Positions 39,794 through 49,029 of a DNA stretch of 64,000 nt are shown piece by piece. Positions within the stretch are counted from its first letter, which is position 1. Every line of letters starts with the position of its first letter. Below the pieces are notes generated by a model. The model worked only from the letters and a program-made list of their open reading frames with translations, was not told the DNA's origin and ran no database searches. Where the stretch lies: contig CBDASK010000003.1 of NCBI GenBank assembly GCA_965199495.1, forward strand, positions 576,001-640,000. The letters are read 5' to 3'. The stretch is from Abditibacterium sp. Its GTDB lineage: Bacteria > Armatimonadota > Abditibacteriia > Abditibacteriales > Abditibacteriaceae. A program made the position numbers and the translations under genes.

Positions 39794-40861
39794 TTACGGG
39801 TTTAGCGTCTCCAACTTCGCGTCCCAATAATCGCGCGATTTCAGTTCACTTGCCGCCGCACGCGCCCGCGCGATGTCGCGTTCGATGGGCCGATTGAGTT
39901 GCTTCAACAATTCGCACTTTTTCAGGCGCGCTTTAGTTTCGAGAAAGCGCAATTTGTGCCGCCGCAAAATGCGAATTTCCTGCTGGCAAACCGACAACGC
40001 TTTGTCTAATTCGCCGCCGATTTCGTGAAATTTAATCGCCGCGCCATGCACATCATTGCGCGGATGCGGCGCGCGTTTTTGGGTTTGCCACGCGCGCCGG
40101 TAAAACGATTGCGCGCCCGTTTCGTCGCCGTGGCTGCGCGCGGCGACGGACTGAAACATCTGCATCATCGCGATGTCGTCAAACTGGTTTTCTTCGCGCG
40201 ATAAAATTTCGCAATCAGCGGCCAGTTCGCCGCCGATTTGATGCGCTAAATCGGGCTGAGCGCGCCACAAAACCAGACACAAAAGCGTGAGCGCGCACTT
40301 CAAATCCCACGCCGCCGCGCTGATTTGCGCCAGTCGCAGATATTCCCACGCCGCATCGAGCGCGCCTTCGTCTTCGACATCGTTGAGAAAATGGCCCCAC
40401 TGCTGCGCGTAATAACACTCGAATTCGCTCCACTGCGCGCACTCTTTTTCGAGCGGCGCAAACGCCTCGCGCAGTTGGGTTTCGTAGCCAATCGGGTCGA
40501 GATACAAATAGCACGAAACCAGGTTGAGTTGCAAACCGCAACGTTGGGGAAAATGATCGTAAATCGGCTTGCGAATTTCGACGTTGGCGCGAGCAGCCAC
40601 GGCGAGCGCCTCCTGCGGGCGCGCCTGTTTGTGGAGCAGCGTTTCGATTTCCCAATGCGTGTAAAACATTTCCCACCACGGCTCGCTCAATTGTTTCGCG
40701 AGCGCGACGCCTTGGCGAAACATCGCCAATTTGCCCGCCGGATCGGACGGCGGAATCTGCTCGGCGTAAACGGAAATCATGGATAAACGCAGCTTTTGGC
40801 TGTCGCCCTCTTGCAAAGCGTCGTCGGTATATTGGCCGATCCAATCCCAGGATGAAGACAT
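39794..40861 (-). CDS. Helical-repeat hypothetical protein, paralog 3 (355 aa)
   Basis: MSSSWDW start; same motif series as its neighbours. Confidence 0.88.
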   Translation of the reverse strand: MSSSWDWIGQYTDDALQEGDSQKLRLSMISVYAEQIPPSDPAGKLAMFRQGVALAKQLSEPWWEMFYTHWEIETLLHKQARPQEALAVAARANVEIRKPIYDHFPQRCGLQLNLVSCYLYLDPIGYETQLREAFAPLEKECAQWSEFECYYAQQWGHFLNDVEDEGALDAAWEYLRLAQISAAAWDLKCALTLLCLVLWRAQPDLAHQIGGELAADCEILSREENQFDDIAMMQMFQSVAARSHGDETGAQSFYRRAWQTQKRAPHPRNDVHGAAIKFHEIGGELDKALSVCQQEIRILRRHKLRFLETKARLKKCELLKQLNRPIERDIARARAAASELKSRDYWDAKLETLNP

Positions 40862-40867
40862 AGAAAC

Positions 40868-41236
40868 TCAATCCAAATCGAGGTGAATGCGCAGAGCTTG
40901 GCGCACGTTTTCGCGCGTGACTTCGTCGGTCAAAGTGCCGTAAGAGCCGAGCAGACGCGCTTTGGAAAGGGTGCGAATTTGCTGACACATGGCGATAGAA
41001 TCAGTGGGTAAGCCGCCCTCGCCAGCGGCCAACAAAATTTCACCGACATGAACAATGCGACCCGATTTGCGTGACGTAAGCGGCAAAACGACCACCAAGG
41101 AAAGCGATTTATTCGCGGATTCGCGCGAGACGATGATCACAGGACGAATGCCCGCTTGTTCGCTGCCTTCGACGGGATCTAAATCGGCGCGCACGATCTG
41201 CCACTGAAAAGGCGCGTTGACGGGAAGCAGACTCAT
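40868..41236 (-). CDS. mazF: PemK/MazF-family toxin
   Basis: ADLDPVEGSEQAGIRPVIIVS, PLTS, QIRTLSKARL. Confidence 0.9.
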   Translation of the reverse strand: MSLLPVNAPFQWQIVRADLDPVEGSEQAGIRPVIIVSRESANKSLSLVVVLPLTSRKSGRIVHVGEILLAAGEGGLPTDSIAMCQQIRTLSKARLLGSYGTLTDEVTRENVRQALRIHLDLD

Positions 41237-41577
41237 GCCGATTCCTCGCCAGTTTGCGGCTCGTCATCAATATATTGCAGAGAATCCCTGTCTAATTGCG
41301 CGAAATCTTTCATGCACTCTTCCAAATCCTGAATGTAAAGTGGATCGGCGGCGGCGGCGGCATAGGCGCGCTCAATTTCTTCTTCGCGCAATCGTTTCAT
41401 TTCGCGCCACAAAGCCTCGCGCACAAGCGCATTTTGCGAAGGCGCCGCGCCTTTTTCTACGGCCTCGCGCAGACCTTGCGCTAATTCGGACGGAAAAACA
41501 AAGGTAAATTTCACGCCTTTTTCCGCGATCTCACCATGAGAATTAGCACGTTTGGGAGTGGTGGTTTGAATGGACAT
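41233..41577 (-). CDS. Antitoxin, ribbon-helix-helix type
   Basis: KFTFVFPSELAQGL...SQNALVREAL and an acidic C-terminus; 4-bp overlap with the toxin gene. Confidence 0.75.
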   Translation of the reverse strand: MSIQTTTPKRANSHGEIAEKGVKFTFVFPSELAQGLREAVEKGAAPSQNALVREALWREMKRLREEEIERAYAAAAADPLYIQDLEECMKDFAQLDRDSLQYIDDEPQTGEESA

Positions 41578-41606
41578 TTTCACCAGTTTAACGCACCAGC
41601 ACTTTC

Positions 41607-42668
41607 TTACAGCTTTTCCAACTGGCCTTCCCAATGTTCGCGCGATTTCAACCCGCTCACAACCTCGCGCAAACGGGCGACGGCGCCGTTAGTATCACGA
41701 TTTAATTTGCGCAATAATTCGATTTGCTTCAACGTTCGTTTGGCTTCCAAAAACGCCAGTTCGTGTTGCCGCAAAACTTCGATTTCGTTTTCGACAACGC
41801 GCAACGCTTCGTCCCATTCGCCCGCCGTTTCGTGATAAATCGTGGAGGCGAAATCAATGGCGTTGTGCGGCGAAGTCAATCGCTTTTGCAGTTCGTAGGC
41901 GCGCGCATATATTTTTTGCGCTTGGGTTTCGTCGCCTTCCCAGCGAGCAGCCACGGCGGCCCACATGGTGAACATCGCGGCTTCGCGGTCGCGTTCTTCC
42001 ACGCGACAAAGTTCGAGGCCAAGCGCCGCGAACTCGCCGACGTGGCTGCGTGCGGCGGGCAAGTCGTAAGCGGCGAGGGTCGAACACAAATGCACGAGAG
42101 CGAACAAAACGTAATGTTCCGTGCCCGATTGGTAGGCCGCATACAAATGCTGCCAGTTCGCTTCGACGGCATCGGGCGCGCCGATGGCTTCGAGAAAACG
42201 CGACCATTGCTGCGCGAAATACGGTTTTAATTCTTCGTCGTTTTGGCACTGGACGCGCGCGTATTCAAAGGCTTCGCGCAGCATCGGTTCGTAGCCAATC
42301 GGGTCGAGTTTGAGATAACACGCCGTCAGCGACAAAGTGATTTGCGGGCGATAGGCGAAGGCGTCGTAAAGCGGTTTGCGCACTTCAAAGGCCGAGCGCG
42401 CCGCGAGTTTGAGCGCGGCGGCGGGCTGATGTTTTTCGTAGAGCAAAACCTCGATTTTCCAGTGATCGAAAAACATGTCCCAATACGGCTCGTTGAGGCG
42501 GCGTGCCAAAGCGCCCGCCTGTTCGAGAATCGCGAGCTTTTCGTCGGGGCGTTCGTAGGACAATTCGACGCTCTGTTCCCACAAAACCGCGAGTTGCATT
42601 CGCTCGAAATCACCGTTTTCGACGGCGCGAAAGTGAAAGTCGCGCATCCATTGCCAAAAAGAACTCAT
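41607..42668 (-). CDS. Helical-repeat hypothetical protein, paralog 4 (353 aa)
   Basis: Start at MSSFWQW chosen by alignment with the paralogs; same motif series. Confidence 0.85.
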   Translation of the reverse strand: MSSFWQWMRDFHFRAVENGDFERMQLAVLWEQSVELSYERPDEKLAILEQAGALARRLNEPYWDMFFDHWKIEVLLYEKHQPAAALKLAARSAFEVRKPLYDAFAYRPQITLSLTACYLKLDPIGYEPMLREAFEYARVQCQNDEELKPYFAQQWSRFLEAIGAPDAVEANWQHLYAAYQSGTEHYVLFALVHLCSTLAAYDLPAARSHVGEFAALGLELCRVEERDREAAMFTMWAAVAARWEGDETQAQKIYARAYELQKRLTSPHNAIDFASTIYHETAGEWDEALRVVENEIEVLRQHELAFLEAKRTLKQIELLRKLNRDTNGAVARLREVVSGLKSREHWEGQLEKL

Positions 42669-42711
42669 AATTGAGGGAGAGTTTAATGTCGCATCTGATA
42701 AAATTACTCCA

Positions 42712-44721
42712 ATGAATTCTTTTTCGCGTTTCCATAGCGGTGTCGTCGCCCTCGCGCTGACGACTGTGACTTTGGGTTCGGGCGCCATAATTCTGACGCG
42801 CGTTGCCGACGCGCAAACGACGGACGCGCCCGCCGATGCGGTGTGGCTGGACTCGCTCGATATTTCCAAAATGAAGGTCGGTTACGGCGCGCCCCAATCC
42901 AAGTTATCGGTGGACAAAAACGCGCTGACGCTGGGCGGACAGACCTTCGCGCGCGGCGTCGGCACGCATGCGCTCAGCCAAATCGCCGTTGATTTGAACG
43001 GTGAGGGCAAGCGATTCAACGCCACGGTTGGCATAGATGACGAAACGGAGAAAAAAGGTTCGGTGATTTTCGAGGTTTATCTCGATGGCAAGCTCGTCGT
43101 CAAAAGCGGCGTGATGCTGGGCGGCACGGCGCCGCAAAAGTTATCGGTGGATTTGGCCGGAGCCAAACGCCTGATTTTGCGTGTGAATGACAACGACGAT
43201 GGCATTGATTACGATCACGCTGACTGGGGCGACGCTTTCATCGAAATGATGCCGGGCGCCACGCCCGTGGCTGTTGAAGCGCCGATGATTGTCACCAGCG
43301 ATGTGGATTCGACGCCACCGATGCCGATTGTGCGCGCTTCGGTGGCATCGCCCAAACCCAAGATTCATGGCGCGCGTGTGACAGGAGCCACGCCGGGGCG
43401 CCCATTCCTGTTTCAGATTCCCGCGACCGGTTTCGGGCCTTTAACTTATAGCGCCCAGAATCTGCCCGCCGGTCTAACGCTCGATGCCAAAACTGGCATT
43501 ATTAGCGGCGCGTTGCAGAGCGCGGGCACTTCGTTGGTGAAACTCCAAGTCAAAGGGCCGCGCGGCACCGACACGCGCAATTTGACGATTATCGGCGGGC
43601 CATACAAATTGGTGCAGACGCCGCCGATGGGTTGGAACTCGTGGAACATTTACCATTGCGATGTGGACGAAGCCAAAGTGCGCGAGGCGACCGATGGGCT
43701 GATCCAAAGCGGCCTGAATCGGCACGGTTATCAATTCGTCAACATTGATGATTGTTGGCAGGGCGAGCGCAACGCGCAGGGCGAAATTCAGACCAACAAA
43801 AAGTTCGGCGACATGAAAAAATTGGGCGAATATATTCACGAACGCGGCCTGAAATATGGCATTTATTCCTCGCCCGGCCCCAAAACTTGCGCCGGGCATG
43901 AGGGCAGTTATCAACACGAATTGCAGGACGCCCAGACTTACGCGGATTGGGGCGTGGATTTTCTGAAATATGATTGGTGTTCTTACGGCAGCGTCGCGGT
44001 CGGTGAAGGCGTGGAAAAGCAGGAAATTCCCTATCGCACGATGCGAACAGCGCTCAACAAAGTCAATCGCGACATCGTTTATAGCCTGTGCCAATACGGC
44101 ATGGGCGACGTGTGGAAATGGGGCAACGACGCGGACATCAAAGCCGATTTATGGCGCACCACCGGCGACATCGGGCCATCTTACCGCAGCATGACGGGCA
44201 TCGGTTTCAAGCAGAACGGACTCGAACCCTACGCCGGGCCGGGGCACTGGAACGACCCGGATATGCTGTTCCTGCACGCGCTCAAACCCAACGAGCAAAT
44301 CACGCATTTGACGCTGTGGAGCATGTTGGCGGCTCCGCTTTTGATCGGCAGCGATATTTCCAAGTTGTCGAGTTACAGTCTTGATGCGTTGAGCAACGAT
44401 GAAGTCATCGAAATAGATCAAGACCCGCTGGGCCAGCAGGCCAAACGCGTGGCGCAAGACGGCAATTTGGAAGTTTGGGCGCGCCCTTTGTGGGACGGCA
44501 CGATGGCGGTGGCTCTGTTCAACCGGAGCGGCAAAAGCGCTAACGTGACGGCGAAATGGTCAGATTTGGGATTGAAAGGCACGCAAAACGTGCGCGATTT
44601 GTGGCGGCAGGAAAACGCTGGCAAAGCCCGCGCAGGATTCACGCGCGCCATTGCGCCGCACGGCGCGATGCTATTCAAAGTTGGGACGGCTGTAACGCGC
44701 GACTATGTGCCGGGCAACTAA
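42712..44721 (+). CDS. Alpha-galactosidase GH27 with NPCBM and Ig-like domains
   Basis: Signal peptide; RGVGTHA...DHADWGDA (NPCBM); LPAGLTLDAKTGIISG (Ig); TPPMGWNSWN, NIDDCW, DFLKYDWC, WNDPDML. Confidence 0.95.
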   Translation: MNSFSRFHSGVVALALTTVTLGSGAIILTRVADAQTTDAPADAVWLDSLDISKMKVGYGAPQSKLSVDKNALTLGGQTFARGVGTHALSQIAVDLNGEGKRFNATVGIDDETEKKGSVIFEVYLDGKLVVKSGVMLGGTAPQKLSVDLAGAKRLILRVNDNDDGIDYDHADWGDAFIEMMPGATPVAVEAPMIVTSDVDSTPPMPIVRASVASPKPKIHGARVTGATPGRPFLFQIPATGFGPLTYSAQNLPAGLTLDAKTGIISGALQSAGTSLVKLQVKGPRGTDTRNLTIIGGPYKLVQTPPMGWNSWNIYHCDVDEAKVREATDGLIQSGLNRHGYQFVNIDDCWQGERNAQGEIQTNKKFGDMKKLGEYIHERGLKYGIYSSPGPKTCAGHEGSYQHELQDAQTYADWGVDFLKYDWCSYGSVAVGEGVEKQEIPYRTMRTALNKVNRDIVYSLCQYGMGDVWKWGNDADIKADLWRTTGDIGPSYRSMTGIGFKQNGLEPYAGPGHWNDPDMLFLHALKPNEQITHLTLWSMLAAPLLIGSDISKLSSYSLDALSNDEVIEIDQDPLGQQAKRVAQDGNLEVWARPLWDGTMAVALFNRSGKSANVTAKWSDLGLKGTQNVRDLWRQENAGKARAGFTRAIAPHGAMLFKVGTAVTRDYVPGN

Positions 44722-44748
44722 GTTGAGAGTATTAAATTGGAATTGTGT

Positions 44749-44894
44749 TCACGTTGTCATTCTGAGCGAAGAGAGGCACGAACGAAGTCGCAAGCATCCA
44801 TGACTTGGCAATTTTTTCTAAAGTGCGCATTGTGGCAACCGATGGATGCTTGCGACTTCGTTCGTGCCTCTCTTCGCTCACAATGACAACGTGA
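44749..44894. repeat. Long REP-like inverted repeat (53-bp arms, 1 mismatch)
   Basis: 44749-44801 vs 44842-44894; shares a TGTCATT..GAGC core with the 17408 element. Confidence 0.9.
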
Positions 44895-45024
44895 GCCTAA
44901 CTGAGCAACTCCGATAAAATCGCTTTTCCCAGCCAATTCTCTGCGTGCGCGGCGCAAATCGGGCATACTGCCCTTTCAATGTCTATTTTTACCGATAGAT
45001 AAATTTACTTTGAGGTGATGTGGA

Positions 45025-45795
45025 ATAGCACTTCGTCCGCGCGGTCGTAGAGGCCGCCCCCAACCCCGGCGTGACATGACGCCGATTAATGATCGCATCC
45101 GTTATCCGCAGGTGCGCGTTCTCGATGAGAACAACGAACAACTTGGCATTATGCAAACGCGTGAAGCCATCGGAATGGCTCAGGATCGTGGTTACGACCT
45201 GATTTTGGTCGCGCCCCAGGCGCAGCCACCGGTTTGCCGAATCATGGATTACGGCAAATTCAAATACGAAAAAAGCAAGCGCGATAAAGAAAAGAAAAAC
45301 AAAAGCGCTGCCAACGAACTCAAGATGGTGCGCCTTCATCCGCGCACCGGCGTTCACGACCGCGAAATTCTGACCAAGCACTCCGAGCGTTTTTTGCGTT
45401 CGGGCCACAAAGTCCGCGTCGTCTGCCAGTTCAAGGGCCGCGAAAACGCTTATCCGCAACTGGGCCGCGACCAACTCGACGCCGTGGCTAATGGTCTGGA
45501 AGAAGTCGCCACGGTTGAGGGCGCCATCGTCAAGCAGGGCCGCGATATGACGATGATGCTCACGCCCAAACCGGGCGTGAAACCATTGCCACGCAAAACC
45601 CAGATCGAATCTCTGCTCGCTGCCGCCGACGATGCCGACGCCGAACGCGCCGCAGAAGCCGCCGCCGATGCCGAACTCGAAGCGATTCAGAAGCGCGTGG
45701 ATGAAGAATCCGGCGTTGATGATGACGAAGACGATTTCGACGAAACCGACGAAGAAACGTCTGACGACGAAATTTCGGACGACGAAACCGCTTGA
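45025..45795 (+). CDS. infC: Translation initiation factor IF-3 (probable ATA start; acidic C-terminal tail)
   Basis: INDRIR...PPVCRIMDYGKFKYE...KGRE. SD GAGGTGA precedes an in-frame ATA at 45025, 17 codons before the ATG at 45076. Confidence 0.95.
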   Translation: MALRPRGRRGRPQPRRDMTPINDRIRYPQVRVLDENNEQLGIMQTREAIGMAQDRGYDLILVAPQAQPPVCRIMDYGKFKYEKSKRDKEKKNKSAANELKMVRLHPRTGVHDREILTKHSERFLRSGHKVRVVCQFKGRENAYPQLGRDQLDAVANGLEEVATVEGAIVKQGRDMTMMLTPKPGVKPLPRKTQIESLLAAADDADAERAAEAAADAELEAIQKRVDEESGVDDDEDDFDETDEETSDDEISDDETA

Positions 45796-45817
45796 TTTCG
45801 CGTTGATACTCGCAGCT

Positions 45818-45855
45818 CAAAAAGCCGCGCCCCTTCAGTGGGGCGCGGCTTTTTG
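45818..45855 (+). terminator. Intrinsic terminator after infC
   Basis: caaaaagccgcgcccc-ttcagt-ggggcgcggctttttg. Confidence 0.8.
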
Positions 45856-46022
45856 GGTTTAATAACCGTTGCGCAATGTTTCCTACAATACATAACTGCT
45901 GTTTGGAGCGGGGTAAATTTCGCCCTCTTTAGAAATCTGAAGTTTTGTGACGCATTTAACGCCAAAATCTTTACCCAAAATTAACCCCTAATAACTGCAA
46001 ATCTGGTGAACTATCATTTCCC

Positions 46023-46610
46023 ATGAAACAATCTCTGTCTCGGCGCAATCTGCGCCTCTTCTCTGCTCTGCTGACCGTCGGATTTTTGACGGCGGCAACT
46101 CCAACTTTCGCCCAACCCGGCATGGGTGGCGGCCCCGGTGGTGGCCCCGGCATGAACGGCGGCAATCGCCCCAACTGGGCGGCGATGCAAACTCAAATGT
46201 TGCAGCGCCAACTCGAACGCGCTGGCGTGACCGATGCGGCGACAGTTGAAGCGGTGACGACTTACATGACCAATCGCGAAGCCGCGCGCCAACCGCTCCG
46301 TGACGCAGCCAACGCGCTCTCGCAGGCGCTGGCCGACCCCAACTCAACCGACGCGGACATCACAAAATTGATGGACGCTCTCGACGCGGCAATCGCCACC
46401 GAAAAAACGCGCACTACGGGCGCCGAAGCCGATCTGGACAAGCAAATCAATTTCAGCAAAACACCGAAACTTAAAGCCGTTTTGATGCTGGCGGGCGTCA
46501 CCGGCGAAGGCGCGGCGTATCTCGGCCCGCAGGCTGGCGGTCGCGGCGGCGGTCGTGGCGGAAACGGCGGTGGTCGTGGCGGAAACGGCGGCGGACAAAA
46601 CGGCAACTGA
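46023..46610 (+). CDS. Secreted helical protein, Spy/CpxP-like, with Gly-rich ends
   Basis: Signal peptide, helical core, and GGRGGNG repeats encoded by a 21-nt tandem repeat. Confidence 0.7.
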   Translation: MKQSLSRRNLRLFSALLTVGFLTAATPTFAQPGMGGGPGGGPGMNGGNRPNWAAMQTQMLQRQLERAGVTDAATVEAVTTYMTNREAARQPLRDAANALSQALADPNSTDADITKLMDALDAAIATEKTRTTGAEADLDKQINFSKTPKLKAVLMLAGVTGEGAAYLGPQAGGRGGGRGGNGGGRGGNGGGQNGN

Positions 46611-46660
46611 ACCGGCGTTTGAACACGTCCTCGATTGCGACAGTTAAACGCGATTAACCC

Positions 46661-46700
46661 AAAAAGTGGGCGATTCTACGGTAGAATCGCCCACTTTTTT
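46661..46700. terminator. Bidirectional terminator
   Basis: aaaaagtgggcgattctac-g-gtagaatcgcccactttttt between convergent genes. Confidence 0.85.
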
Positions 46701-46701
46701 G

Positions 46702-47133
46702 TTACGCCCACAGCAACGCCAATGGCAAGAGCGCTCCGACAATTAACAAGCCCCAGACCAACGCTTTGTTACGCTCGTATTTGAAGGCCATATAAACGCC
46801 CAGTCCCGTTGTAGTCGTCAGACCCAGGGACATCAAAACCACGAACCATTTCAGCGGCCACGGCGATGGGCCGCGCGCGCTTTTGGCTTCGTCGCCATCG
46901 GTTTTAACGGGCGCCTTGTCCGCGCCGCCTGCTTCGGGTGGACGCGGGCGCTTGGGTTCGCCCGATTGCAGCGTCTGATGTTTGTGAACCGACGCGATTT
47001 GCTCGATCCATTTGGGCGTGCCCGGCCCTTCGTGCAGTTCGAGCGTTTGCAAAATGCCGGTGAGCGCGAAGAAAATGATGAGCGGCGCGAACAATGTGCC
47101 CAAGTAAAGATGAAGTTGTCGAACTTTTTTCAT
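46702..47133 (-). CDS. PepSY-associated TM-helix-like membrane protein
   Basis: RQLHLYLGTLFAPLIIFFALTG; further C-terminal TM helices. Confidence 0.75.
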   Translation of the reverse strand: MKKVRQLHLYLGTLFAPLIIFFALTGILQTLELHEGPGTPKWIEQIASVHKHQTLQSGEPKRPRPPEAGGADKAPVKTDGDEAKSARGPSPWPLKWFVVLMSLGLTTTTGLGVYMAFKYERNKALVWGLLIVGALLPLALLWA

Positions 47134-47199
47134 GCGATTTAAAACGAAAGGCCGCTTTCTCCTGGAGAAAACGACCTTGAGTTGCCAATAGTTTAAGCG

Positions 47200-47985
47200 T
47201 TATTTGCCTTTAGCGCGCTTGGAGAGCGTTTCCAACAGCGTTCGCCTCTCGCCGTAACGCTTGACGGTGTCCTTGGCAAAATCCGTTGGCAAATTCTTGA
47301 AACCGGCGTAACCCGTCGGCGAATAAAATGGGTTGAGCGCGTCCATGAAAGGCCGCACTTTCTCGAAATCTGCACGATCCATAGGCGGCGGGCCGTCTCC
47401 GCGTGGGCCGTGCCAATCGCCTCCCGGAGGCGGGCCGTCTGGGCGTGGGCCGCGACCGTCATCATAGCGCGGCGGCGGGCCGTCTGGACGTGGGCCGCGA
47501 TCATCATCATAGCGCGGCGGTGGGCCGTCGGGGCGTGGGCCGCGACCATTACCGTCGCGCGGCGGCGGCGGGCCGTCTGGGCGACCGTCTCTGCCACCGC
47601 GCGGCCCGCGCGGATGTTCTTTATCAATTTGCGCGCGTTGTGCCGCAGTCAAAACGGCTTCGATTTTATCCGCCAGCGTTTGGGCGTTGGCGTCGCTCAG
47701 CGTTTTTTGTTTCGAGACCGGCAACACCAACGCGATAACTTTGGCCGACTGCGCTTTGGAAAGCGCCAGTTTCGTCCCTTCCAAATCGGCGATGTCGTGC
47801 CAGACGCGATTTAATTCGCCTTTGGCACGCGGGCCACGTTCGGGGCCGCCGCGCATTCCATCGCGCGGCGGGCCGTCGCGTCCGTCGCGCGGGCCGCGAT
47901 TGCCGGGTTGAGCCGAAACTGGCAGAGCCAGAATCAGCAGCAGGGCGCCCCCAGCGAGAGAGCGCGATAAATTTTGGTTTTTCAT
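47200..47985 (-). CDS. Secreted Pro/Gly/Arg-rich protein with GPRPDGPPP repeats
   Basis: Signal peptide; tandem ~39-nt repeats at about 47385-47590. Confidence 0.8.
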   Translation of the reverse strand: MKNQNLSRSLAGGALLLILALPVSAQPGNRGPRDGRDGPPRDGMRGGPERGPRAKGELNRVWHDIADLEGTKLALSKAQSAKVIALVLPVSKQKTLSDANAQTLADKIEAVLTAAQRAQIDKEHPRGPRGGRDGRPDGPPPPRDGNGRGPRPDGPPPRYDDDRGPRPDGPPPRYDDGRGPRPDGPPPGGDWHGPRGDGPPPMDRADFEKVRPFMDALNPFYSPTGYAGFKNLPTDFAKDTVKRYGERRTLLETLSKRAKGK

Positions 47986-48111
47986 AACGCTTTAAATTTT
48001 CGCTCGTTGAAGCTAAAGCGAGGTTATAACAAAGTAAGCGAAGTTTGGAATTGGCTTAAGATTGCTTAAGCGACGCATTTTCGCGTTCAACATCGGTTTA
48101 AACTGCCCACC

Positions 48112-48852
48112 ATGAACGCCTCTCCCCACATTTTGTTGATTGACGACGACGTGAAACTCACCGAGTTAGTCGCCGAATATCTGACGCGCGAGGGCATGGA
48201 AGTCGAAGCGGTTCACGACGGCGCGCGGGGTTTGGAACGCGCGCGCACGCAAACGCCTTCCTTGCTGGTTTTGGATGTGATGCTGCCCGGCCTGAGCGGA
48301 TTGGACGTGTTGCGCCAACTGCGCGCGGGCGGTGATGCCGCGTCGCGCTTGCCGGTGTTGATGCTGACGGCGCGCGGCGACGAACTCGATAAAGTTTTGG
48401 GATTGGAACTGGGCGCCGACGATTATTTGCCCAAACCGTTTTCTTCGCGCGAGTTGGCTGCGCGTCTGCGCGCGCTGTTGCGGCGCTCGCAATTGCCCGA
48501 AACCGCCGCGCCGGGCGAGAATCGTTTGGTGCATATCGGCGACATCGAACTGGATAATGCGGCGCGTCAGGTCAGGCGCAACGGCGCAGCGTTGACGTTG
48601 ACATCGGGCGAGTTCGATATGCTGGAACTGCTGCTGCGCCACGCGGGCGAAGTCGTCACGCGTGAGACGATTTCCGAAAAAGCGCTGGGCCGTCGCTTGC
48701 TGCCGCAGGATCGCTCGATTGATGTTCATATGTCGAATCTGCGCCGCAAGTTGGGCGCAAATGCGGGCGGCAACGAACGCATCAAAGCCGTGCGCGGCGT
48801 CGGCTATTTGTATACGAAACCAACTATCGAAAGGATAAAGGCTGAAGGATAA
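48112..48852 (+). CDS. OmpR-family response regulator (CpxR-like)
   Basis: LLIDDD, LDVMLPG, GADDYLPKPF, RSIDVHMSNLRRKL. Confidence 0.95.
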   Translation: MNASPHILLIDDDVKLTELVAEYLTREGMEVEAVHDGARGLERARTQTPSLLVLDVMLPGLSGLDVLRQLRAGGDAASRLPVLMLTARGDELDKVLGLELGADDYLPKPFSSRELAARLRALLRRSQLPETAAPGENRLVHIGDIELDNAARQVRRNGAALTLTSGEFDMLELLLRHAGEVVTRETISEKALGRRLLPQDRSIDVHMSNLRRKLGANAGGNERIKAVRGVGYLYTKPTIERIKAEG

Positions 48853-49024
48853 AGGATAAAATTTTCGTAACTACTCAAATGCTCCTGTGACGCGCATTGA
48901 ACACGCCTCTACCCGCGTGCGGTAACACGCTTAACAGCGTAGCCGTTTCAACCTGCGGACACCTGATAGTTACAAATTTTCTTCGCGCCATTTTATCCTT
49001 TATCATTCAGCCTTCATCCTTTTC
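48829..49024. repeat. Inverted pair of heptamer (AGGATAA-type) tandem repeats
   Basis: gaaaggataaaggctgaaggataaaggataaaat vs attttatcctttatcattcagccttcatccttttc. Confidence 0.8.
48867..48973. mobile_element. 107-bp MITE with an 8-bp target duplication
   Basis: Ends GTAACTA.../...TAGTTAC; AAATTTTC directly repeated at 48859-48866 and 48974-48981. Confidence 0.72.
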
Positions 49025-49029
49025 CAACC

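Noticed and set aside
47385..47590. ~39-nt direct repeats as a possible mini-CRISPR
   Set aside because: They are in-frame coding repeats (GPRPDGPPPRYDD) without unique spacers.
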